From positions 12,710,001 through 12,774,000 of the forward strand of contig CP158636.1 of assembly GCA_050273025.1 (NCBI GenBank): DNA of 64,000 nt, read 5' to 3'. Source of the DNA: Cenococcum geophilum (Eukaryota). The notes beneath the pieces were generated by a model. The model ran no database searches and was not told the DNA's origin. It saw nothing but the letters and a program-made list of their open reading frames with translations. Below, piece by piece: positions 1 through 11,500 of the stretch (positions are counted from its first letter, which is position 1; each line of letters begins with the position of its first letter). The translations under genes were made by a program, and so were the position numbers.

Positions 1-479
1 CCGGGTAAGGGTCAAAATAACCCTTACAGTTAGAGAATACGGTTTATTATATAAAACTACTATAAGACTTCTAGATAAACTTCCTAAACGGTAGGTACGT
101 GCGCTTAGACATCTGGTTTTAATATAGTATTTAGATACCGTATATATCCCATTACACCACAACCGACGTATCCCTTAAATTAATCATCGTCCTACATTAT
201 CGATAAGGATTTGGCCAATTACAAGGCATAAATTCTTGCCGTTCCTTAGTGTTGTATACACGGGCTATGCCTTATCGATAATACGGGTTAAGGGATAAGG
301 CTCTATTAAAGCTCTGTATAAGGCTCTATATAAGGCCCGCCTAAAGCTTATCCCCTACTATAAAGCAGCCCCTATAGCGTAGTATAATAAAGGTATAAGG
401 TTTATAAAGTAAATCTATACCTTCTATTATATATATTACTTCTAAATTAAGCCTAATTTAAGTAAATCGCCTTAGTTAC

Positions 480-688
480 TATAATAGATTCTTTTATTAA
501 AATAGTACTACTTAGTAGTAATTAAGGCGCCTTAGTGCTATTAGTTTCGGTATTAGCAGGGTAGAGCTTATGCACCTCTATAGTAAACGCACTACTATAA
601 AAAAAGGGTTAAAACTAGGAGATATAGAAATACTCCCTAAACCTCTAGTTAGGTACCTAGGAGTATTTCTAGACTCTAAGCTTATATT
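480..688 (+). mobile_element. LINE (Tad1-like) reverse-transcriptase C-terminal fragment, RIP-mutated
   Basis: Translates as ISFGISRVELMHLYSKRTTIKKGLKLGDIEILPKPLVRYLGVFLDSKLIF, the (K)TELIHF...VRYLGVxLDSKL motif of fungal non-LTR RTs; cut off by an LTR at 689. Left limit approximate. Confidence 0.7.
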
Positions 689-1260
689 TATTAGCGACTT
701 AGTTAATCAAGGTACAAGTATAGTGTAAGGGACGCGCAAGCCTATATAATTAGATTGTCTATAAACGAGGATCTAAAGCTAAAGAAAGGAAAGGAGAAGG
801 AGAGTAGCGCCGCTTAATATATTATAAGATCTTCGCGTTATATAACCGTAATATGCGGCAATTTATAGCAACTTACTAGCACGGAGGACTATAAAGTTCT
901 GCTAAGTTCTGCTAACTAAGTTCTACTATTTCCTGCCAATACCGTAATATTACCCCCGCCCCCCTCTAGTAAAGCCTGCCCTTAGGCTTTATATATCCAT
1001 ATTACTCCTATAAGGCGTTCTTATCCTTATATTCTTTTAGTAGCTTATTATCTTCGCTAAGCCTTCTGCCGATCTTATTCTACCAATGGTTTCCTACAGC
1101 CAATTTTCTGCCTACTTGCTTCCGTCGCAATATTTGCGATATCCGCAATATCTTCACAATTACCCTACCCCTTTGCTACTTCTAAAATTGTATCTAAATT
1201 TCCTATTTTTGGTACAGTTCTTACCTTTTATTTTCTACAGCTTTAACTACACCGTTAAAC
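689..1260 (-). mobile_element. 3' LTR (689-949) and adjacent 3' internal region of a Gypsy-like element
   Basis: TATTAG...CCGTAATA equals RIP-mutated TG...CA ends. It is followed by ttacccccgcccccctc, the reverse complement of a polypurine tract. Confidence 0.55.
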
Positions 1261-1274
1261 CTGGGGGGGGGGGG

Positions 1275-2570
1275 TGTAACCGACTACGGGTGCTGCCGAG
1301 ACAGCCTCAACGCCACCCTATATATTGATCGCAGATCAATATTGCTTGCAGATCACTGTTCCCATCTCATCCTGTTATCTACACCATTTCATGTATATAT
1401 TCCACTTAATACCCATAGATTTATAATTAAGTTGCTCGTTCAATTCCCATACACTGCAAAGCTTACAATAACTATGCCTTACCTTCCTTATAGAGCGAAA
1501 GGACCTTTAACTAAAACTCAGTAAACAATACTACTATAGTTTGTTAGTATTTAGGACGATTATAATAACCTTAAGGTCACTAAAGGAGGTACTTAGGCAG
1601 AGTTAGCAGATGCGCACCAAGACTTAAGAGCACCGCCCCATACGCCGTCTAGATATAATAATCTCTACAGCGCTATTCCATATCGCTTTCCTATAGTAGT
1701 TAAGCTTATAGCTGCTAGCGCTCTATCTAATGCCCCTTTTAGTAAACGACAATAAGATTCTTTAGCGGTAATTTAAAATTATAACCTTTTTCTTAATAGC
1801 AATAGGAACGAAGTTAGGAAATAGATGCATTCCTACTATTTTAGGGCCGTTAAGAATTATAAAGATGCGTTTAAGCTAATACGTATAACTAAGATAGAAC
1901 GCTTTAATAGCCGCTCTTACTTCTACTGCATTAATAATAAAATTAATCCTTTAGCTATTACGGTAGATCTAAGTAAAGTGCCCCTAGTTATTATAGAAGG
2001 ATAAAGTTATATAGAGTTACCTAAAGAATTATAGGATAGAACTAAGTAAATAGAAGGGCGTAAAAGAGCTATATTATCTAAGAGCCGCCAGTCTAAAGTC
2101 TTTCTTGCTACTTAGCTAAGTAGACGAGAATAGTCTTATTTAACTAGAATAGAGTCTCCTTATTTACTATCTCAGGTTTATAGTAAGGGTAAGGAACGCA
2201 TATAATTACCTACTGCGTCTTTATTTTAAAGATAAGGAGTTTTAGAGTTTTAGAAGTCGTTAGGGGACAACAACTTAGGTAGGGGAGGTATTTAGTAGTG
2301 TGATTTAGCCCCTAGATTTAACATCTAGATTAGGTATAGCTTTAGGAGAGCCTAGGCCTTCTATAAGTTATATAGATTGGTCTAAAGCCCTTAGAGTCTT
2401 TAATAACTTAGATAGGCACGACGGACACATAATACACTCTTTTTTTCTTTTCTTACTAACTGCTTTCCTACTAATTTCTACTAACTAATTATGACCGACC
2501 AATAGACCTAACAGCACTGTGACTTTATATCTGAGAGGGACCGCGTATACTACTACACTATACTATAATA
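1275..2570 (+). mobile_element. LTR-like segment plus long RIP-mutated ORF (from ATG 1474); probable retroelement remnant(s)
   Basis: A poly-G tract is followed by TGTAAC at 1275. One frame (1474 to ~2400) has mostly TAA/TAG stops. An LTR-like end (tataata) at 2570 abuts the Gypsy A integrase. Internal boundaries unresolved. Confidence 0.35.
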
Positions 2571-4486
2571 GGTAGAAACTCTAACTTATATACTTACTGC
2601 CCTACGCGCTCTAGGATCTAAAATAGTCCTATAAACTTGTAGTTAAGCTTTTTATAAAGACGTTTCGTGTAGATATTCTTAGAGGAAAGTAGGACTTATT
2701 TACTAACGGCGAAGTGCTTGGCCAGGTGGTAATAATTATAGTATTTTACTTAAAGCTTTTAGGCGTATATTATTAACGCCGCCGCTATCTTATATATAAG
2801 GCGCAGGCGTTATAGATATATCTCTATAAGTTAGACATTTGTTAATTTAGACCCCTTTCTACCTTACTAGGCGTTTTAGATGCTATCTAGGACTCCGTTT
2901 AAGACGTTTAGTAGCTAACTATAGGCGAGCTTAATAAGGGAATGCTTTATTATAGTATAGACCTTAGAGTTATAGGTAAAGGCTACTTCTTTAAGTAGGA
3001 AGGCCTAATTAGACTATTCCTAGTTTATAAATATACGTAGGTATACCTTAAGCTCCTAGTTCTAATACTTTATCTAATTATCTATCTATAGGTAGAATAT
3101 AGTGCTAAGTTTACGTTAAACGCGGAAATAGTAGTATATAGTACTTTAGTATTTGCTTATAAATACACTACGCCTATTAAAGATAATATTATTTAGAGGC
3201 CCTATTTATATAAAGACTCTAAATAAGAGTTCTGCGAGTTATATAGCATTAATTATCTTACGTACTAAATAGTAGCGTACTAGCTTTATAAAACGGTCTA
3301 TAAGGATAAGGATAGAGTTATACTCTACGCTATTAGGAGTCTTAAACTCCAGAAAATCTATAATAAAGTTAAGTAAATAATGCCGTTAGGCTTAGGTAGG
3401 GACCTAAAGAGGCTATAGCTTACTATAGGGTTTATAGCGACGCAATTTAACGTATTAGTAGGTATTATAATTATCTAGGTATTTATAGAGGTTCTAAGTA
3501 AGGCTGTTCTAAGCGTACTTCTACGCGATTACCTTAAAGGTATAGTTAAAACTATAGTAGCCGCTTATAGGATTATTATAATTCCGCTTAAGGATCTCCT
3601 ATTATAATAGTATATAATTTAGCACCTAGACCTGATTATTTTGCTTTAGAAGTCTTTAATTATTAAGGGTATAGTCCTTATTACTAGTAGGAACTCGTTT
3701 CTAAGTTAACTAATTATATATAGAGTGTATAAAGGCGTCCCTTTTTTATACTCTATAAATAAAATTAACTAGTAACTTAGGGGGTTATTCCATAAACACC
3801 GTTTTGGCTAAAGTAGCTACTACTACCTTTTACTATAGCACGAGACTCTATATAAAGTTAGTGCTAGCGAAGTAATATATAATACGTAGGTAACTTACTA
3901 GGTCGTTATAGGGGACTATAGCCTAGGCTAAGAGGTCTTCCCTAGGGTTAAGCGCTATTAGGTTAGTTAAAGTAATCTTAAAGAGAATAGTAGGACGTTC
4001 TAGTCCACCGGCGCTAAGTTCACAAGGTTTGCTTATATACTACACGTATACTACTCGCTAGTTTAATATAGTAGCACTAGGGCCACCTATAAGGCCTATA
4101 ACCTACAACTTTTACTATAATATAGGCAGTATAGCATTAAGGACTATCCTTTTACTACTATTTTAAAGCCTTTAGTATAATTCGGGCGCTAGAATAGTAT
4201 ATTAGCGGGATTTACTTTACCTACATCAGGAAATTTTTTTTTAGGCACGTTGTCGCAAGCGAAAATCGGGGTCTACAAAACCTGCGTAAGTCGCGATTTT
4301 GGCAATTTACGGCAATTTGCAGCAATTTACTATAAATACGCAAGTAGCCTGTGCAAATTGCTGCAAATACGCAAGTAGCCTGTGCAAGTTGCTGCAAATT
4401 GCTAAAATTGCTAAAATCGCGACTTAAGCAGACCCTAATTTTTAGCTGCAATAAAAATACCACAAAGCTCCGCACAAAGCTCTACT

Positions 4487-5160
4487 AAGGCTCTACACGA
4501 AGCTCTGCACGAAGCTCTACACAAAGCTCTACACGAAGCTCTACACGAAGCTCTACACGAAGCTCTACACAAAGCTCTACACGAAGCTCTACACAAAGCT
4601 CTACACGAAGCTCTACACGAAGCTCTACACGAAGCTCTACACGAAGCTCTACACGAAGCTCTACACGAAGCTCTACACAAAGCTCTACACGAAGCTCTAC
4701 ACAAAGCTCTACACGAAGCTCTACACGAAGCTCTACACGAAGCTCTACACGAAGCTCTACACAAAGCTCTACACGAAGCTTTGCACGAGGCTCTACACGA
4801 GGCTCTACACGAAGCTCTGCGTACAGAGGCTCTGCACGAGGCTCTACACGAAGCTCTGTACGAAGCTCTGCACGAAGCTCTGCACGAAGCTCTACACAAA
4901 GCCCTGCACGAAGCTCTACACAAAGCTTTGCGCGAGGCTTTACACAAGGCTCTACATAAAGCTCTGCGTACAGAGGCTCTATGCGAGGCTCTGTACGAAG
5001 CTCTGCACGAAGCTCTACACGAAGCTTTGCACGAGGCTCTACACAAGGCTCTACACGAAGCTCTGCATAGGGCTCTACACGAAGCTCTACGTACAGAGGC
5101 TCTGCACGAGGCTTTGCGCGAAGCTCTGCGTACGGAGGCTCTACACGAAGCTCTGCATCG
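4487..5160 (+). repeat. 12-bp minisatellite, consensus GAAGCTCT(A/G)CAC, about 55 units
   Basis: Directly visible; explains the HEAL/CRAS ORFs on both strands. Confidence 0.97.
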
Positions 5161-5571
5161 GGTCCCCGCTATATTCCCGATAGCCTCTACACATGCCTCT
5201 GCCAAGATACCCCTTATATACACCTAGGTAGCCACCTTATTTTCTACCCTTCCTTATATCCTCCCTACCTAGGGAGACACCAGAACGACAGCTAGCAGAC
5301 GACCGTCGCCAGAACCAGACGACCACCGTTCAAACGACCATCTAGCGAACGCCACGAACGATTCAATCAACCGATCGATCGAATTGAACCAGAGCTTCAA
5401 TATCGACCCGTCGCCGAATCAAATCAAGGCCTCCTAGGTAGGCACCCCAGACGACCACCGTTCGAATATATAGCCAGCGAACGGCCGTAGAGAACGATTC
5501 GAATTAATACGATCAATCAATCAATCGAATCAGGCGGAGCCTTCGATCGGGCCAACCTTTCCCCCAAATTA

Positions 5572-5825
5572 CAGATAGGTAGGCATAGACAGTAGCACAG
5601 ACAGGAGGCACAGACGGTAGGCACAGACGGTAGGTATAGACAGGTAGGCATAGATAGGTAGCACAGACAGGTAGCACAGACAGGTAGGTACAGACAGGTA
5701 GGCACAAACAGTAGGCATAGACAGTAGGCATAGGCAGGTAGGCATAAACAGGTACAGACAGACAGACAGACAAACAAACAGACAGATAAACAGACAGACA
5801 GACAGATAGGTAGGCAGGCAGGCAC
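5572..5825 (+). repeat. Compound tetranucleotide microsatellite (AGAC/AGGT/AGGC)
   Basis: acagacaggtaggcacagac... runs; source of the three overlapping VCL/LSV ORFs. Confidence 0.93.
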
Positions 5826-8595
5826 TAGGCCTAGTTAGGAAATCGGTACACAGCCAGCAGATCATCAGGAATACCGCCAATTAATAATTTGGAGCCTTTG
5901 CAAAGGGTATCCCCCTTATCTTAATTGCTTAATAAATAGCTCTACATTTTATATAGTTATATAGGAATATAAAATATGCAAAATATAAAATGTGCAAAAT
6001 GTGCAAAATATATAAAATATATAAAACGTGTAAAATACACAGGCTCTGCGCGTTTACTGCGAGTTGCTATAAAATGCACAGGCTCTGTGCAGTTTGCTGC
6101 AAGTTACTGCAAAATACGCAGGCTCTATACAGTTTGCCGCAAAATACGCAAACCGCACAAGACCATATACGACTGCCGCAACCGTACAGTTTGCCGCAAA
6201 TTGCCGCAAACTGCAACAACGAGCCCGAAAAAAAATTTCCTGATATAGCTTATATTTAATCTTAAAATTAAACTTAGCTAGTTCCTTAGCGTACTAGGCC
6301 TAGTAAATAGATAAGCTTTTAATAGTTATAAAGTACCTAAGATTATTATAATTATAAAGCACGCACATTATATACGCGGCGTATTTAAGGTAATAGCGCT
6401 ATGTTTTAAAGCATTATACTATAGCGAGTAGTTCTTTATTATGCGTATTATACTATACTTTTAGGCTAGTAAGCTTCTAACTATAATAAGTAATTAGGTA
6501 CTAGTAGAGTTAATCTCCCTATCCTAAAGGCTGCAGAAGTATACTACTATAGGTATAATTAAAAGCGTTAGTAATTACTATTAGGGGTAAATTAGGGTTA
6601 AAGTGGCGAAGCAGAAGGGCCTATATAAACGCAGCGCGTAGCTTATAAAACGCCTACTACGCATTATTAGGCTAGGACTAAGGTTAATACCATTTAGTAG
6701 GCCATTTTAACTTACGCTTTTACTTTTTCTTCCTATCTAATATTGGGTTATAATATACCTATATAAGATATGCGTATAGGGGGTATATAGTATCTAAGTA
6801 GTTCTAAATAAATCGCCTATAAAAGTTAGCAAAGCTAAGAAAGACCTAGATATCCCTATAGGACTTAGGCTTAGGCTATTCCTTAATAGCTTTTACGCGG
6901 TTAGAGTCTATTATAATACTCTTAGGGGTAATAATAAAGCCTAGGAACTTAACGTTCTTAATATAAAAAATATATTTTAATAGTTTAGCGTATAGGCCCT
7001 AAGCGTAGGGCTATTATAGTACCTACTTAACGTGCTTAACATACTTATCCTCGTTATTTAAGTAGATAAGAATATTATCTGGATGAATTATATAGATAGT
7101 ATCTACTAGGCTTCCTAAAGCCTTATAAATATAGCTCTAGAAAGTTATAGGGGCGTTAGTAAGACTAAAGAGCATTATTAGGTACTTAAAGTAACTATAG
7201 TATATCTTAAATATAGTCCTCCATTCGTCTCCCTTTTTAATATAAATCCTATAATACGCATTATAAAGATCCAGCTTTATAAATATCTTCGCATAGCTAA
7301 GCCTATTAAAGAGTTCGCCGACTAGCGGTTAGGGGTACTGATTTTTAATTATAATCTTATTTAGGCGTCTATAATTAACGTATAGCCATATTATACTGTC
7401 TACTTTTAGTATAAAGAGGACAGGCGCTCTAGTAGGCGACTTACTGGGCCTAATCCAGCCCTTCTTAAAAGCACTATCTAGGTACTCTTATAAGATTTAT
7501 AACTCCCTCTATAAGAGGTTATAGAGGGGCATTTATAGTAGCGTCTTGCCTTTTTTTAAGTTAATTATATAGTTATACTTAAAGTTTTACGGTAGTATGC
7601 TTGCTAGCTTATTAGAGAAGATATTAATTTCCTCCTTATATATATTTAGTAGGCTAGGGGCCATGGAAGTTAAAGTAACTATTACGTAGTATATACTTCT
7701 AGGAGTTAGTAAAGAGAAGGGTGCAGCCAATATACGTTTTATAGGTATACTCGTACTAAGAGTATGTATAGCTTAGCTATAGTATACTTAATAATTTTTG
7801 GGTTTTAATTACCTCCCCCTTATATATAGGTAATCTATACTAGTACTAGAGGGTCTTTATAGGTACTCGCTACTAGTAACGGCAGGTCCTCTACTATGTT
7901 TATAACTAGTATCTTTACGTTTAGAGGGTTTATATAGGTACTTACTACTAGTAATAATAGGTCCTCTATTATGTTTATAACTAGCGTAAAAAAGAAGTTT
8001 TTTAGCTATAGCAAATAGACTGTTTCGTTAGCCTTAATATCTGCTAGAAGAGTATTAAGGGTAACTATTTAGAGGCGTCTAGGGTCCGAAGTACCCTAGA
8101 TAAACTATTTAGAATAGAAGCTAATTAATAAATCTACTTCCGCGAGCCAATTTTATCTAAGAATTATATTATAACTATTAAATAAGCTACCCTAAAAGGT
8201 CTACGGGCTGATAGTGCGAGGGGTACCCTATAAGTTGCTAGTGGTAACTATTAGATTATAAGTATCCTAGATTATTATCTAGTTGCTATTAGGGAAATAT
8301 ATAATAGGTTTATATAAACGTAGCGTATAGTATATAGATAGGTTAAACTTATAGACGATATCTTAATTAATAAGGTTAATTTGGCACCTATTATTATATA
8401 AAGTATATAGGCAGACTTTACCCTAGGGCGTATCTATTGCAATATATACTACAATATATTTCTTCTCTCCCTCTATATTAGGCCCTAGTTATAGTTAAAA
8501 GAGATACGCTATTAGGGCTTTAGGTTTTCTAAAGGCCGAGCTAACTTCTCTTTATTAGCCTGCTTCTAGTATTCCTTATAGTAGCCGCCTATAGT

Positions 8596-11500
8596 TGTTA
8601 CGGACGCTTTAAGTACGATATTACAACTACTTAGAGAAGAGTCGAAAGAAGCTAGTTGGTTAATTTAGGCACGGTCTAGGATGGAGCCGATAGAACTATA
8701 TGACGAGGAATAGTAACCAAGGTTATATAATGGTTAAACGTATTAGCTGCGTTAAACGAAAGGAACGTCACGTTTAATATAGACAAGACGTATATTATGT
8801 ATAAGAAGGATTTTATAGGAGTACAGTTGTGTATTTAAGAACCCTTAGTCCCTACCTAGATAGTTCCTTCCTTATAGTAATTCTCAGAATATAATTAGAG
8901 TTAATCTATTAGGCAACCACTCTACCAGTTATTATTACGTTGTTAACTTTTATACTTGCATTTCCTACACACCTAGCCTAATAACGAGCCTATCGTAGTT
9001 CTTGCTATAAGGTTCTGTTACACAATTACTACCTAATTATAGTATTAATATAAGAAGTTAAATAACATACTACTAAAAGCAGCCACTATAACGCTATTGA
9101 CGGCAGCAACTACTTTAAGGATAGGAGGTAATACTAGTATAGCAGATACTAACTTATAGCAACCTATAACGGTCGGACAGCTACAGAAAATAGTTAACCA
9201 GCTAACAGCTAATAATATAGTATTAAAAGAAAGACTTAACGGGATAGAAGCAGCAAAGATTAAGCTATTATCAATTAAGAGATTTATAGGAAAAAGGTTA
9301 AAGCTTAAAGGATTCCTTACGCAGATATACTTTAAGGTCTTATAAAAGGGAGTAAAGTTACCTACACCTGTAGATCGGATAGCCTATACAGAACTATTCT
9401 TATTAGGAAAAGCACTTAAGTGGTTTAAATCTTACCTTATAGAGATATAGGCAAACGGAATAATAACTACTAACTAAGACGTGCGATTTATGTTCTTAAG
9501 TTGGGAAGGATTTATAGAACGACTTACGCAGATGTTTAGAGACCTAGAAGAAATAACTATAGTAAAAAAAAAACTCCAGAACCTCGTGCAATAAACTTTA
9601 GCAATTAAGTATACGATATAATTCTAGACACTAGCAATATAAGTAGAGTAGAATAATAGGGCGCTTATAGCATAGTATAAATAGGGACTTAAGGCTAAAG
9701 TCTAGGACGTAATTATCCTAATAGAAGATGCGGACACCCTAAGGGAATTAATAGATTAAGCGATTAAGATTAACAATAGGATCTTCTAAAGGGAATAGGC
9801 TAAGAGAGGCTAGGATAGAGTTCTATAGTTATATAAGGCGCAGAGTACGCAATAATAAAAGCTAAGTTAGAAAATATAGTATGGCGTAAAGCTAATAGAC
9901 CTAAGTAGTACTAAAGAAGCCTATAAGAGATGGAGCAAACTATAGAAACCTAGAGGATAAGGATTAAGTAATTAAAGGTCCAAGAAGCAGAGGCTAAATT
10001 AAGGATCTTAACAGCAGAAGATATTCAGGCGGACTCCATAGCAAGAGAAATAGTTTAAAGAAGGAGCTTATATAAATTACGGAAAACAGGGTCATTACGT
10101 TAGAGACTGTAGAAGTAGGCAGAGTCACTATATAGTAAAAGGCATAAGACTAGTAGACGATATATACGTATAAAGGGATAACAATATGCTGCGAGGAATA
10201 AAGGAATGTTTAATCCAAAGTTTTGCGTTTTATTACAATAACGCATGCCGAATTTATAAAGACACTAAGTATAGTATAAGCTATTGGCCATAAGAGCCAG
10301 AGTTAAAAGGACTTAAAGAAACTAAAAAGTTAGATAAAGAACAAGATTAACTCTATAAGCTAGATTAAGATATTACAGTAATATATAGATAAAGATTAGC
10401 AACAATAATAATAGAGTTGGAGTACTTATTAATTAACAGTAATAAGGACAGTAAAGAAACTAACTAGGGGTATCTAAACCTCAATAGCGCAATAAAAGTA
10501 AAGACTGAGACCGCTATAAAGCAAGGTTTAGTAACGGGCATTATAACACCGTTAGATACGGCATTTATCGCTTTATAAGATAGAAGGAGCAATATCTAAA
10601 GACGATTAAGTAAGTAAACGACTGCTAGTGCTAGCTTACCACTTAATAAAGGCAAAAGGCTAAAGGCTTAAGATTCTTAAGACAAGATAAAAGATAACTA
10701 AGATTCTTAAGACAAGATAAGGTATACTTAAGGACCCATAATGGACGAAAACTAATAGAGTAGGGTAGCAGCTTAGTTTAGAAACATACGAATAAGCTTA
10801 GGATAGAGTTTCCTATAGGTATAAGACTCTTAAGACGAGATAAGTGAAATTCAAGACTTTTAAGACGAGATGAGAACACTATAGACGCCTAGTTGGACTA
10901 AGGCGAGAGCTAAGCTTAAGTTAGAAGTAAGCTTAGGATTAAAAAATCTAAGGGGCTAAGATTTCGGAGTATAAATAAAGATACCTATAGGTAAGAGGTA
11001 AGGAGCTTCTTTATAGATTAGAGAATCTATAATACAAATAGCAGTTAGATTAGGAAACAGATATATAAACCTAAAAGACTTACTAGGGGAACGCAGTGTT
11101 TAGCCTAAAGATTAAAAGTTTAATACTAGGATTAAGAAGCAAGACAACTTTAAGGATTAGAGCGTAAAACGCAAACTAAAAAAAACTATAAAAGAGTTTA
11201 GATAAAAAATTATCGTATAGTAAGAACAGAAACTAGATAAGAGATTTAGTATATTAGGATATATAAAGGATAGAGCACTAGTACGAAGAATTACTAATAG
11301 GCTAAGAGTAGGTATATTAAGAGCTAAGTAGCTTACCGAACTAGAAAATAAAGAGGATCTAGGGATTCTAACTAGGTTTAAAGAACGATATACTAAAGGC
11401 TGTTACAATACAGTAATAAAAAGATACTTCCTTACGGACAAACTATATACACTTTAGTAGCTATACCAAAAGTAGTATAGGCAAAGGCATAATAATAAGT

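Larger units (their letters stand above)
4224..6245. mobile_element. Non-autonomous TIR element (~2.0 kb) filled with simple and tandem repeats; TA duplication
   Basis: Left end CATCAGGAAATTTTTTTTTAGGCACGTTGTCGC; reverse complement of the right end (T)ATCAGGAAATTTTTTTTCGGGCTCGTTGTTGC. TA lies at 4222-4223 and 6246-6247. Removing the element and one TA restores the host RNase H frame. Confidence 0.9.

Noticed and set aside
1080..1150. Two CCAAT boxes and a TCGCAA-N3-TTGCGA palindrome near another 3' LTR
   Set aside because: Positionally reminiscent of the shared module but unrelated in sequence and short enough to be chance.
4435..5227. 262-aa CRAS-repeat and 148-aa HEAL-repeat ORFs
   Set aside because: By-products of a stop-free 12-bp minisatellite, open on both strands; the + frame has no ATG.
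5513..6259. Cys-rich ORFs (VCLSV..., CKMCK...)
   Set aside because: Translations of the microsatellite and subterminal repeats in several frames at once.
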